Assembly (NCBI GenBank): GCA_964437795.1
Contig: CAYTIC010000008.1
Coordinates: forward strand, 61,407 to 125,406
DNA from: an uncultured Dehalococcoidales bacterium
GTDB taxonomy: Bacteria; Chloroflexota; Dehalococcoidia; GIF9; UBA5629
DNA: 64,000 nt
Reading direction: 5' to 3'
Part shown: positions 46,896 through 57,500 of the stretch, in pieces
Position numbering within the stretch: position 1 is the stretch's first letter
Layout: each line of letters begins with the position of its first letter
Translations under genes and position numbers: made by a program
Notes under the pieces: generated by a model
What the model saw: only the letters and a program-made list of their open reading frames with translations
Databases searched by the model: none
What the model was told of the DNA's origin: nothing

Positions 46896-47789
46896 TCAAA
46901 ATGGAAGGGAGATTTTGAACAGGTTGAAGTCGGAGATATAGGGTAGCAGGCGCAGCGTTGCTACGATTAAGACCAGCGTGATCACCTCGCCCGCTTCGAT
47001 GAGCGCGCCGCAGCAATCACCCGTCAGCCCGCCGAAGATGCGGCTGAAGAGCAAACCCAGGCAATAAAGCAGGACGAAAAGCCCGGCCATGATCAACGGT
47101 CCGACGATCAGCCCGTTCATCACAATAGCCAGGGCGAGTGCAATGGCTGTGGCGCCGGCAAAGCCGCCCCATTCGGCATTTCTCTTGAGTGTGAAGAAGG
47201 AGCCGCTCTCTTTGGCGGCCGGGAAGATCAGGACCAGTCCGGTAATGGCCCAGCGGCTGAGAAGAGCAAAGGTCAGCAGCGCAGAAATGCTGATAGCCGC
47301 TGTAAGGCAAACGTACTTGGCCAGCAGCAACAGGCAGGCGGCGGTGATGCCGAAGGACCCTATCCTGGTGTCAGCCATGATCTCCAGCCGCTGGCTCCTG
47401 GTCTTGCCTGCAACCAGGGCGTCGCAGGTATCCATCAAACCGTCGATATGATGTGCCCCCGTGAGGACGGCCAGGGCAATCACCAGCAGGATGCCCGTGA
47501 CCGCGGTAGGTAAAAAGGCCCTGAATAAGATGTAAAGCAGCGCGAGCAGCAGCCCGATCACCAGCCCCACCAGGGGGAAATATACCGTGGAACGTCCGGT
47601 CAAACTGATCTCTTCATCAGGGGTGGACTCAGCGGGCATGAACAGCACGGTCTTCATCTCGGCCGATGCGTATTCCGTGCGCTGCTCTGTGGTCGGGTTG
47701 GACAGGCGGGTACGGCCCCCGGATTCGGCGATTTTTGATTTCGGCGACGGAAGTATGGTCAGGAACCGCAGGACGGCCCAGAAGCTCAT
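46896..47789 (-). CDS. cobS: Adenosylcobinamide-GDP ribazoletransferase (cobalamin synthase)
   Basis: Multi-TM CobS family. The start ATG at 47789 overlaps the cobT stop by 4 bp (ATGA). Confidence 0.8.
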   Translation of the reverse strand: MSFWAVLRFLTILPSPKSKIAESGGRTRLSNPTTEQRTEYASAEMKTVLFMPAESTPDEEISLTGRSTVYFPLVGLVIGLLLALLYILFRAFLPTAVTGILLVIALAVLTGAHHIDGLMDTCDALVAGKTRSQRLEIMADTRIGSFGITAACLLLLAKYVCLTAAISISALLTFALLSRWAITGLVLIFPAAKESGSFFTLKRNAEWGGFAGATAIALALAIVMNGLIVGPLIMAGLFVLLYCLGLLFSRIFGGLTGDCCGALIEAGEVITLVLIVATLRLLPYISDFNLFKISLPF

Positions 47790-48877
47790 GATATGGCCTC
47801 CCCCGGGATATCGGACACGCCGGCTCCTTCGAAGGTAGCCATGTCCCGCATGAGGTTGATCGAACACTCCGCTAAAAATATGCCCAGCGCCGCCCCGGTG
47901 CCCTCGCCCAGGCGCAGGTCAAGCTCCAGCAGCGGCCTCAGTCCCAGGTGTTTCAGACAGGCGGTATGTCCCTTCTCCGCCGATAGGTGGGCCGCTATCA
48001 GGTAATTTTTAATCTGCGGGCAGATGCCCGCCGCTATAAGGGCCGCTGCGCCCGAGATAAAGCCGTCGATTACCACCGGTATGCGGTTGGCTGCCCCGGC
48101 TATCATGGCCCCGGCCAGGCCCCCTATCTCGAAGCCGCCCACTTTCTCCAGTACTCCCAGGGCATCGGCGGGATCGGGCCTGTTGACCGACAGGGCCTGC
48201 TCGATGATCTTGATCTTGTGCTCCAGCTGTTCATCCCCGATGCCTGTGCCGCGTCCCGTCACCTCCCGCACCGTTTTACCGGTCATAGCCGCCGTGATGG
48301 CGCTGGCTGACGTCGTGTTGCCGATGCCCATATCACCGGTACCGAGTATATCCAGGCCTGCTTTCAACTCGTTCTCAACTATCTCCCGGCCCGCCAGCAG
48401 ACTATTTATTGCCTGGGCCCGGCTCATAGCCGGACCGGCGCTCATATCGCCGGTGCCGAAATCAATCATTTTACAAACTATGCCTTCGTACGACGGAAGG
48501 CCGCCTATCACTCCCATATCCACGATGATCACGCGTGCCCCGGCCATCCGCGCCAGGACGTTGATGGCGGCGCCCCCCGCGGCAAAGTTGAGAGCCATCT
48601 GGCTGGTGACCTCCTGCGGGTAGAGGCTGACGCCGCGGGCAGCTACTCCGTGATCGGCGGCCATGGTGATGATGACCTTGTCTTTCATACGCGGGATGAC
48701 CTCACCGCGTATGCCGGCGATTTGCGACGCCAGGTCCTCCAGCGTGCCGAGGCTGCCGCGCGGCTTGGTCAGGCTGTTCAGCCTGCGAAAGGCAGCTTCC
48801 CGGAAGGCCTCGTCGGGAGGGCTAACCCGGCTGACCAGGTCCTGCAACTTCCGTACGGCGTCTATTTCAGCGCTCAA
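47786..48877 (-). CDS. cobT: Nicotinate-nucleotide--dimethylbenzimidazole phosphoribosyltransferase
   Basis: SLGTLEDLASQIAGI N-terminus, and the full-length family pattern. Confidence 0.85.
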   Translation of the reverse strand: MSAEIDAVRKLQDLVSRVSPPDEAFREAAFRRLNSLTKPRGSLGTLEDLASQIAGIRGEVIPRMKDKVIITMAADHGVAARGVSLYPQEVTSQMALNFAAGGAAINVLARMAGARVIIVDMGVIGGLPSYEGIVCKMIDFGTGDMSAGPAMSRAQAINSLLAGREIVENELKAGLDILGTGDMGIGNTTSASAITAAMTGKTVREVTGRGTGIGDEQLEHKIKIIEQALSVNRPDPADALGVLEKVGGFEIGGLAGAMIAGAANRIPVVIDGFISGAAALIAAGICPQIKNYLIAAHLSAEKGHTACLKHLGLRPLLELDLRLGEGTGAALGIFLAECSINLMRDMATFEGAGVSDIPGEAIS

Positions 48878-49398
48878 TACTCAATCCCTCTGCGCTGGTG
48901 TATCCCTTCTGAAAAGGGGTGCTTGATCATGAGCATCTCGGTAACAAGGTCGGCGCGCCTGACTATTTCCTGCGGGGCCTTGCGCCCCGTAAGTATCAGC
49001 TCGACGTTGGCCGGTTTCATTTTTAACAGGTCCAGTATCTGGGGCAGGCTGACCAGGCCCCGCCAGTGGGCGATGAAAATCTCATCCAGCACCACGACAT
49101 CGTATTTCCCTCCGCTGAGCGCGCTCACGGCGAAATCGTAGGCCTGCCGTGTTTCCCGCTGCAATTCCTCTTCGCTCTTCTTGAAAAGGTCGCCCTTGCC
49201 GAACTGGATGATCTCGAAGGGTTTGTACTTATCCGCGAAGATATGCTCTCCCCCCGGCTGGGTCTTGAGGAACTGGATGAAGATGACTTTTAAACCCTGC
49301 GCGGAAGCCCGCAGGGCCTGTCCCAGCGCGGCGGTGGTCTTGCCCTTGCCGTCGCCGGTATAAACCTGTACCAGCCCTTTAAAATCCTGTTCAGCCAT
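48874..49398 (-). CDS. cobO: Cob(I)yrinic acid a,c-diamide (corrinoid) adenosyltransferase
   Basis: VQVYTGDGKGKTTAALGQALRA P-loop of the CobA/CobO/BtuR family. Confidence 0.8.
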   Translation of the reverse strand: MAEQDFKGLVQVYTGDGKGKTTAALGQALRASAQGLKVIFIQFLKTQPGGEHIFADKYKPFEIIQFGKGDLFKKSEEELQRETRQAYDFAVSALSGGKYDVVVLDEIFIAHWRGLVSLPQILDLLKMKPANVELILTGRKAPQEIVRRADLVTEMLMIKHPFSEGIHQRRGIEY

Positions 49399-49434
49399 AT
49401 GACCCTCCGTAAGTAATATTGTACAACATGGACG

Positions 49435-50517
49435 TCAGCCCGCTTTCCCGGCCATCATTGAAATAGCCTTAACCAGCTTCTGACAGTCCCCCATCCGGCG
49501 CGGCGAAATACGCACGTAGGCCGGCAGGCCGAAGGACGAGCAGTCCCGCACCAGGAACCCTTTATCCAGCAGGCGGCTTTTAAAATCGGCGGCGTTTCCG
49601 ACCTGCATGAGGAAGAAATGGGTATCCGTAGAGATTATTTTGTATCCCAGAGCGGCCAATCTGCGCGCCAGGTAGGCGCTGCATTTCTGTATCCTGGCAT
49701 TGCTCTGCCGCATATATCCGTCAACCCCGACGGCTGCTATGCCCGCCTGCTGGGCAGGGGAGCTTACGTTCCACGGCGGCCGCACCTTTTCCAGGTTGCC
49801 TATGATGTCCCGGCAGGCCAGGCCATAACCCAGGCGCAGGCCGGCCAGAGCGAAGTCCTTGGTCATAGACCGGACGACTAAAACGTTAGGCTGGCCTATC
49901 AGTGCAGCGGCGCCGGTACTTTCCTGTGTGAACGCCAGGTAGGCTTCGTCAAGGATTACCAGTGTGTCCGGCGATGCCTTCACCAGCCTGTGCACGTCCT
50001 CCCCGGAGAGCAGTTGTCCCGTGGGATTATTGGGATTGCACAGGAAGACGGCCTTCGGGTTGTGTCCTCGAATGAATTCAGCAAACCCGCCCGCGTCCAG
50101 TTGGAAGTCACGGTCCTCGAGCAGGTGATATTTAATGATCTCGGCCCCGGCAATACGGCCGGACAGTTCGTATTCTCCGTAAGTCGGCGATGGGACGACA
50201 ACCCTGTCACCCGCCGCCAGGTAGGCCAGGGCGGCCAGCCTTATGATCTCTGTCGAGCCGTTGCCTGCTACGATGTTTTCAGGAGCCACGTCCAGGTTTT
50301 TCGAGAGGGCTTCAACCAGTTCGCTTGAATGGGTATCCGGGTAGGACTCGATATCCGCGTTACGCAGGGCGAGGCGGACCCCGGGAGGCGGTCCGTAGGG
50401 ATTGCAGCAGGTGCTGAAGTCCATAACCCCGCCGGCGCCTTTCAGCCCGGCATGGCCCGCTCCGCCGTGTTCAACGGGGCATAGGCTTTTGATATGGGAA
50501 TTAGCGTGCAAGGCCAA
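49435..50517 (-). CDS. cobD: L-threonine-O-3-phosphate decarboxylase (aminotransferase class I/II fold)
   Basis: PLP-dependent class I/II pattern. The CobD assignment is supported by its operon context with cbiB. Confidence 0.7.
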   Translation of the reverse strand: MALHANSHIKSLCPVEHGGAGHAGLKGAGGVMDFSTCCNPYGPPPGVRLALRNADIESYPDTHSSELVEALSKNLDVAPENIVAGNGSTEIIRLAALAYLAAGDRVVVPSPTYGEYELSGRIAGAEIIKYHLLEDRDFQLDAGGFAEFIRGHNPKAVFLCNPNNPTGQLLSGEDVHRLVKASPDTLVILDEAYLAFTQESTGAAALIGQPNVLVVRSMTKDFALAGLRLGYGLACRDIIGNLEKVRPPWNVSSPAQQAGIAAVGVDGYMRQSNARIQKCSAYLARRLAALGYKIISTDTHFFLMQVGNAADFKSRLLDKGFLVRDCSSFGLPAYVRISPRRMGDCQKLVKAISMMAGKAG

Positions 50518-51436
50518 TAAACACCTCTATAGCGGCGACAATGATCGCCCATATACCCGCTGATGTCAGCATCACGGTCTGCGATTGCGTGACTGCGCCG
50601 ATGCAAAGTCTGGCGTTGCCGCCGGTCAGTGTATACTCGCCGCTTTTTTTCAGTTCGATGCCCAGCGAGCCGGCCATGGAGCACATGGTCCAACCCGCGT
50701 TGGGGCTTGGTGTCCTTGCATGCTGCGCCAGCATGGTACGCCAGCTCCCGCCGGCATCAGCGCGGCAAAGGGCCGACGCGGCTACGATCAGCAGCGCGCT
50801 CAGCCTGGATGGGATGAAGTTGAGCAAGTCGTCCAGACGTGCGGTGAATTTCCCCGTATATTCCCAGCGGCCCCGGTACCCGATCATGCCGTCGAAGGTA
50901 TTTACAACGCGGTATATGATGGCCCCCGGCAAACCCAGGACGGCGAAATAGAAAAGCGGCGCGATGAAGCTGTCGCAAAGGTTCTCTGCGCAGGACTCGA
51001 CAGCCGCCGAAATGAGCTGCTCGTTTGTTAAATCTGAGGTGTCGCGGCTGACCAGCGCCCGTGCCTTCAACCTGGCTTCCGCCGGGTCGCTGAGGGGCAG
51101 GCACAGCTTTACGTCTTCCACCGCCTGCCAGAGCCCTCTCAGTGCGAATGTATTTTTCAGCAGGTATGCAGACAGCACTATATAGATTATCTGGTTGAGA
51201 CCGAGCAGGTATTCGAGGCCGAGGTAGAGCGGGACGGTTACTATGGCGCAGGTAAAAATGACCATGGCTGCGCCGTAAATGAATTGCCTTCGCGGACCTG
51301 ATAACGGCTCGAATTTAAGCTGTAGGGAGATGAGGTTGCCCAGCCAGGCCACGGGATGCCAGGAGTTGGGAGCCTCGCCCATCAGCGCATCCAGCAGCAG
51401 CGCTCCGCACAGTATATACAGCCCCGAAAGTTCCAC
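50501..51436 (-). CDS. cbiB: Adenosylcobinamide-phosphate synthase (membrane)
   Basis: CobD/CbiB membrane-protein family pattern. It overlaps the neighbouring genes, consistent with an operon. Confidence 0.8.
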   Translation of the reverse strand: MELSGLYILCGALLLDALMGEAPNSWHPVAWLGNLISLQLKFEPLSGPRRQFIYGAAMVIFTCAIVTVPLYLGLEYLLGLNQIIYIVLSAYLLKNTFALRGLWQAVEDVKLCLPLSDPAEARLKARALVSRDTSDLTNEQLISAAVESCAENLCDSFIAPLFYFAVLGLPGAIIYRVVNTFDGMIGYRGRWEYTGKFTARLDDLLNFIPSRLSALLIVAASALCRADAGGSWRTMLAQHARTPSPNAGWTMCSMAGSLGIELKKSGEYTLTGGNARLCIGAVTQSQTVMLTSAGIWAIIVAAIEVFIGLAR

Positions 51437-52233
51437 TATGCGCGCTCCACTTTTTTTACCGATGTGACCAGCGCTGTGGGCAATCCGTTGACGGGGTGCG
51501 AAAAGATGGTCACGTCGAGGCCGAAAGCCTCTCTGAGGGTGGGTGAGTCTATGACTTCCTGCGGCCTGCCCTCTTTATATATGGCGCCGTCCTTGAGCAC
51601 AATAATCCTGTCGCCGTATTGCGAGGCCAGGTTGATATCGTGAAGCGCTGCCACAATAGTCAGCCCCTTTTCCAGGCAGAGCTTTTTAAGGAAATCCAAT
51701 ATACCGGCCTGGTAATTTATATCCAGGTTGGCCGTGGGCTCGTCCAGCAGCAGAATGCCTGCCTCCTGTGCCAGCGAGCGGGCGATGAGCACACGTTGAC
51801 GCTCGCCGCCGGACAGCTGGTTGACGCGCCGCCCGGCCAGCCGGCCGGTCTCCGTAGCCTCCATGGCGTTTGCTGCGGCCAGGATGTCGCTGCTGCCCTC
51901 GTAGCGGAGCAGTCCCAGGTGAGGAGTGCGTCCCATCAGCACGATCTCCATGGCCGTGAAAAGCTCGGGCAGGAAGGCGCCCTGCGGCATCAGGGCTATG
52001 TTGAGGGCGATATGTGTGCGGCTGCAGCTGCCCAGGGACCGGCCGTCCAGCAGTACAGCGCCGCTGTATGGCCGCAGCAGTCTGCACATCCCTTTCAAAA
52101 GAGTGCTCTTGCCGGACCCGTTGGGGCCTATCACCGTTAGAAATTCACCGGGTCGCGTATTCAGAGTGATGTCGTGAAGCACAGCCCGCTCGCCGTATCT
52201 GAAACATGCTTTCTCAAGAGATATGACAGCCAT
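51436..52233 (-). CDS. btuD: ABC transporter ATP-binding protein, corrinoid/iron-siderophore type
   Basis: Walker A GPNGSGKST, signature LSGGERQRV and Walker B LLLDEP. Confidence 0.75.
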   Translation of the reverse strand: MAVISLEKACFRYGERAVLHDITLNTRPGEFLTVIGPNGSGKSTLLKGMCRLLRPYSGAVLLDGRSLGSCSRTHIALNIALMPQGAFLPELFTAMEIVLMGRTPHLGLLRYEGSSDILAAANAMEATETGRLAGRRVNQLSGGERQRVLIARSLAQEAGILLLDEPTANLDINYQAGILDFLKKLCLEKGLTIVAALHDINLASQYGDRIIVLKDGAIYKEGRPQEVIDSPTLREAFGLDVTIFSHPVNGLPTALVTSVKKVERA

Positions 52234-53294
52234 CAGAACACCGCCTTTTTCTTCTGATTGAGCAGGTAAAGGAAAAAGGGAGCGCCTATGATGGCGGTGA
52301 TGATACCTACCGGTATCTCGGCGGGCGCCATGATGGTCCGGGCGGCTGTGTCAGCCAGTATCAGGAAGGCTGCCCCGCCCAGCAGGGACAGTGGCAGCAG
52401 CAGGCGGTAGTCCGGTCCGCAGATCATCCTCACGGCGTGGGGTATGATGATACCTACAAAACCGATGGCGCCGCAGAAGCACACGGCCGCGGCCGTAGCC
52501 AGTGTGGCCGCTATTAATATAATTATCTTGGTACGCTCGACATTTATGCCCAGTTGTTCGGCCTGATCTTCATCCAGTTGCATCACATTGAGCGGGCGCG
52601 CCGCGAGCAGCAGCACTATCGCGCCTGCCAGTATATAGGGTGTCATCACAGCCACACGCCACCAGTCCGCCAGAGCGAAAGTGCCCAGCAGCCAGAACAC
52701 GATACCATGTACCTTGTCGTTCGAGATAATGAGGAGGTAGGAAGTGATCGATGCTAAAAATGCCCCGATAGCTACGCCGCCTAATATGAGTGTAGTGACG
52801 GGCAGCGTGCGGCCGGTCCTGGCGATGGAGTAGACCGCTGCCACGCTGAATATGGCGCCCAGGAAGGCCAGTACCGGTATCAGGGCGGCCGGCACGGCAG
52901 CCGGAAGCAGGAATCCGGCGACTGCTCCCAGGGCTGCACCCTGAGAAACGCCGGTAAGATAGGGATCGGCCAATGGATTGCGGAACATGCCCTGGTAGGC
53001 CGCGCCGGCCACCGCCAGCGCAGCGCCTGTGAGGCCGGCCATCAAAATGCGCGGCAGGCGGATATCCCAGATAATCGTATTTAACACGGAGGGGTCGGCT
53101 CCTGTATTAGCCGGGTCAAACAGCCTGGCCTGTAAAACAGCCAGGATATCCTGCAGGGGAATGGCAGTGCTTCCGGTCGTGACTGCCCATAAAGCCACGG
53201 CAGCAAGCACCATGATGGCCAGGATTATGGCCAGCCGGCCGCGGCGCACCCTGGTACGATGCAGGTCAAGTTCGCTTTTAAGTGCAGTTTCCAT
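52233..53294 (-). CDS. btuC: FecCD-family ABC permease (corrinoid). The likely start is METALK at 53294.
   Basis: Ten TM helices in the FecCD family pattern. Confidence 0.75.
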   Translation of the reverse strand: METALKSELDLHRTRVRRGRLAIILAIMVLAAVALWAVTTGSTAIPLQDILAVLQARLFDPANTGADPSVLNTIIWDIRLPRILMAGLTGAALAVAGAAYQGMFRNPLADPYLTGVSQGAALGAVAGFLLPAAVPAALIPVLAFLGAIFSVAAVYSIARTGRTLPVTTLILGGVAIGAFLASITSYLLIISNDKVHGIVFWLLGTFALADWWRVAVMTPYILAGAIVLLLAARPLNVMQLDEDQAEQLGINVERTKIIILIAATLATAAAVCFCGAIGFVGIIIPHAVRMICGPDYRLLLPLSLLGGAAFLILADTAARTIMAPAEIPVGIITAIIGAPFFLYLLNQKKKAVF

Positions 53295-53319
53295 CGTTAG
53301 ATTGATTTTCAGCAGTTGC

Positions 53320-54246
53320 TCATTGCTCAGGTTTATTGAAAAGATCGGGGTGCAGGAACGATGCAGTTTGTTCCAGGGCCGATACACAGCGCGGGCTGTG
53401 CCGGTATATCAGGTCACCGTTGATCTTATATACCCGGCCGTTTTTAACGGCGGACGTGTTGCTCATACGTGGGTCGGTCGTAACGAATTTCCACAATGGA
53501 TCGCCTGAGTTATCCATGCTGGTCGGCACGATGATGACCTGTGGATCCGCGCTGATTATAGATTCAAAGCTCATGGAGCTGTGGCCGTTGATGGCCGAGG
53601 CGACATTAGTACCTCCTGCCACGCGGATGATGTCATCGATCAGTGTGGAGTTGCCGGCCACCATCATGGGATCGTTCCAGATCATCAGTAATGTACGAGG
53701 GCGTTGACCGGGTGTCAGGCCGGCGGTTACCGCCGATACCGCGTCAATGCGTTTCTGCAATAACGCGGTGAGTGTCGCGGCAGCTTTGTCGGCGCCGGCA
53801 AGGCTGCCGGTCAGCGTGATGTCGCGTATTACGCCTTCCACCGTTTTGGGATAGATTGAAACCACGCGGAAGCCCATTTTCTGCAGCTGCGGCGCTACGC
53901 TCTTATTGTGTATCTCGGAGGCGAGCACCAGGTCGGGCCTGAGCGCCACCGTCTTCTCGATGTCTACCGTGCTGAATCCTCCCACCCGGGCCTTGTTTTT
54001 AGCTGCCGGCGGATAGTTACAGTATTCCGTCACGCCCACCAGCCTGTCTTCCAGCCCCAGCGCGTAGACTATCTCGGTGTTGGCCGGCGCCAGGGATATT
54101 ATGCGCTCAGCGGGAGGCGCCGGTGCTATGGTACTGCCCGAGTCGTCGATCAGGTCCGCCGGTGCGGCGGGAACGGAGCATGCGCAAACGCAGAACAGAG
54201 CGGTCAGCACCAGGTAGCCGAAGGATTTGCCCCAGGTATTTTTCAT
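53320..54246 (-). CDS. btuF: Periplasmic corrinoid-binding protein (class III SBP) with a lipoprotein signal
   Basis: ISLAPANTEIVYALGL...LRPDLVL class III SBP signature. It is the first gene after the riboswitch. Confidence 0.7.
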   Translation of the reverse strand: MKNTWGKSFGYLVLTALFCVCACSVPAAPADLIDDSGSTIAPAPPAERIISLAPANTEIVYALGLEDRLVGVTEYCNYPPAAKNKARVGGFSTVDIEKTVALRPDLVLASEIHNKSVAPQLQKMGFRVVSIYPKTVEGVIRDITLTGSLAGADKAAATLTALLQKRIDAVSAVTAGLTPGQRPRTLLMIWNDPMMVAGNSTLIDDIIRVAGGTNVASAINGHSSMSFESIISADPQVIIVPTSMDNSGDPLWKFVTTDPRMSNTSAVKNGRVYKINGDLIYRHSPRCVSALEQTASFLHPDLFNKPEQ

Positions 54247-54262
54247 TTCTCACCCCTGCAAT

Positions 54263-54450
54263 TAATAAAAAACCCCTGCTCCGGGAGCAGGGGGATCGTT
54301 AATAAATAACAAATCCCGCCTCCTTACTCCGCGGAGGCAGCTTTTCAGCAGGGTGGCGTTCTGACTTTCACAGTAGGCGGGACTGTACCGGTATTGCGCC
54401 GGTTTGCACTCCTTTTAAGCCTGCGGTCACCCGCGGGCGCCCTGCTTCAA
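54263..54450 (-). ncRNA. Cobalamin (B12) riboswitch with an intrinsic-terminator expression platform
   Basis: The minus strand reads ...AGUGCAAACCGG...CAGUCCCGCCUACUGUGAAAGUCAGAACGCCACCC. This matches the conserved GGUGnAAnUCC / CCCGCcACUGU / B12-box AGUCAGgAgaCCkGCC elements. The hairpin CCCCUGCUCC-cgg-GGAGCAGGGG followed by UUUUUAUU at 54295-54263 precedes the btuF start. Confidence 0.6.
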
Positions 54451-54519
54451 ATATTCAATTGGCCTAAAGCATATAGTTTTGGCCGCCCGATGTCAAAATA
54501 TTCCCGTACGGCATATTCG

Positions 54520-54549
54520 TTGCTATTGCGGGAACCTTAACGCTATAAT
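54520..54549 (+). promoter_or_regulatory. Candidate sigma70-type promoter (TTGCTA-18nt-TATAAT) for the glycosylation locus
   Basis: Hexamers read directly. A GAGG site and the ATG at 54569 follow closely. Confidence 0.35.
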
Positions 54550-54568
54550 CTATCGCGAGGTCAGATAT

Positions 54569-57500
54569 ATGGCGTTAAAAAAGATACCGTCCTGGGTCAT
54601 CGTCCTGTTATTGCTCATAGTAATCGTGTCTCTGGCGCTTTGGCTGAGGGTCGTGCTCCCGTACAACCAGGTGTTTGTCGGGGACTGGGTAAAGATGACG
54701 GGTGTGGACGCGTATTATTACATGCGGCTGGTCGATAATCTGATGAAGCACTTCCCGCATGTAACACAGTTCGATCCGTATTTGCAGTTTCCGGGTGGTT
54801 GGAATACAGGCGGGTCCCCCGATTTCTTCGCCTATTTCATGGGGGGTATTATCTGGCTGGTCAGCCTGGGACAGGCTAACCAGCATACTGTGGATGTAAT
54901 ATCGGTATATATACCTCCTTTGCTGGCGGTACTGACCATACTGGCCGTATTTGTTATCGGGGTACTGCTGGGCAGCAAGTGGCTGGGGTTGATGTCTGCA
55001 GGGTTGCTGGCCATCATCCCGGGGGAGTTTCTCAACAGGTCGCTCCTCGGCTATACCGACCATCACATCGCCGAGGTATTGTTCTCCACCTGCATCATGC
55101 TTTTTGTGTTCCTGGCGATAAGGGCTGGACGGGGAAGGCGGTTTGAGGATTCGATCAAGGGTGGCTGGCAGGGTATAGGGAAACCTGTCCTGTTCGGCAT
55201 ACTGGCCGGGTTATTTATGGGCGTTTATATGCTGACCTGGGCCGGTGCGCTGATGTTCGCCCTGATCATATTTATATTTATCGTGGTTCAGGCCGTTATC
55301 GACCATCTGAATGACCGTCCGTCCGATTATCTGGGTATTCTGGGCTTTTGCATGTTCGGGACGGCCCTGGCACTGTACCTGCCGTGGGCGCGCGGTACGA
55401 TGACTATACTGGCCCTTGTTGCCGGTCTACTAGTTTCCGTGCTTCTGCCTTTTCTCTCAAGGTTGATGAACGGCAGGCGACTGAAGACGTTTTACTATCC
55501 TGTTGCGATCGTGGGGCTGGCTGTACTGGGCACATTTCTGGTGGCGCTGATAAGCCCGTCGCTATTACAGGATATGCTGGGCAGCCTGGCCAGCATTTTT
55601 GTCTGGCCGTTCGGGACAACCGTGATGGAGATGCAGCCCCTGCTTATACAGCAGGGCGATTTCACCTTTGCCGTAGCCCTCGGCAACTATATGCTGGCCT
55701 TTTTCGTCAGCCTTGTGTGCATAGGCGTGTTGTTTTACCAGGTGATAAAACAGGGGCAGCCGGATAAGGCGCTGCTCTTGATCTGGAGCATAATAATACT
55801 CTTGTCGGCGCTGTCCATGAGGCGCTATGCCTATTATTTTGCGGTGAACGTGGCATTGCTTACGGGCTATCTCTGCTGGATCCCGCTTAACGCCCTGATC
55901 AAGAAAAGAGAAGCCTCATCCGCGGCGGTGGCAGCTGTTAAAGCTTCTTCCAGAGGGAAAAAGGCCTCGGCAAAGCGGGCCCGGCAGGCGAAGCCTGCAA
56001 AGCAGGGCAACTACGCCATTGTAATACTGCTGGCCGCCATTCTGCTGCTGGTTTATTACCCTAACATCGGGCCGATGCCCGACGGCCAGAAGCCTGCTAT
56101 CGACCTCGCCACGCGGCCGTTATTCGCTCCCTCAAATGCCTGGTGTGAAGCTGTGGACTGGCTGCGGACAAGTACCCCCGAGCCTTTCGGCAAGTCGGAT
56201 GCTTACTATGGATTATATAAGCCCGTCAAAGCGCAGGGAGGCTTTGAATACCCCGCCGGCGCCTACGGGACCCTGGCGTGGTGGGATTACGGCTACTGGA
56301 TAGCCCGCATCGGCCAGCGTCCTCCTTTGACGAATCCCGGGACCGGCGACATCGGGGCCGCATACTTTTTTACCGCCCAGGATGGGCCTTCGGCTGCGCG
56401 GTCAATAAACAATTTTGGTACACGTTACGTTGTCGTTGACAACGAGATAGCCGCCTATGAAGGCAAATTCTATGCGCTGGCAGCGCTGAGCGGTTCAAGC
56501 TACACCAGGTATTACGACTTATTCATAAAGAAACAGAATAATCAGTATGTATCGTCCATGCTTTTCTACCCGGAATATTACCGCACTACAGTTGCACGGC
56601 TGTATAACTTCGACGGCAAGGCCGTGGCACCGGACAGCGTAAGTGTTATCGAGTTCAGGATGGTCACAGGGCAGGACGGCGCCAGGTATAAGGAGATAAT
56701 CGATGAGAAGGAATTCGGCTCCCTGGAAGCCGCTCAAAAGTTCATCAGCGAGAACAAAAACAAGAATTATATTATAGCGGGGAAAGATGTCAACGTAAGT
56801 CCTGTGCCGCTGGACGAGCTAAAGGACTTCAGCCTCGTGTACAGCTCGAACAGGAAGGTGTCCACAGGTTCAAAAACTCAGCCCAATATCAAGATATTTG
56901 AGTATAAGAGAGATGCAGTTCCGCTTACGGGCGATTGGAACGGTGATAAAAAGGCGGAGCTCGGCCTCTGGCAGTCCGATGGCTATTTCAAGCTGGATAA
57001 AAATGGCGATGGAAGTCCGGTGAAAGTCGGTCCGTTCGGATATTCGACCGATGTCCCGCTTGTGGGAGACTGGAATGGGGATGGCAGGGATGAGATCGGA
57101 GTTTACCGTCCATCCGATTTGTGTTTTTACCTGGATTACAACGGAAACGGCGCCTGGGATGGGGAAAACGGGGATAAAAAGTTAGGGCCCTTCGGCTTCG
57201 CTTTTACTGACATCCCGGTAGCGGGTGACTGGAATGGGGACGGCACATGCGAAATCGGGGTATGGCATCATGCGCAGGGTGAAACGGACTGCTATTTTTA
57301 TCTCGATGTCAACGGAGACGGGAAATGGGATCCCGCAAACAAAGACGTTAAAATCGGCAAGCTGGGAAAGGCAGGTGACGTGCCGATTGCCGGCGATTGG
57401 AACGGGGACAGCCGGGATGAAGTGGGTGTCTGGGAACCGTCGAGCCGGTATTTCTACCTTGAGAAAGATGGGAAAGGCGTTTCGGACGCTGCCGGGGAAA

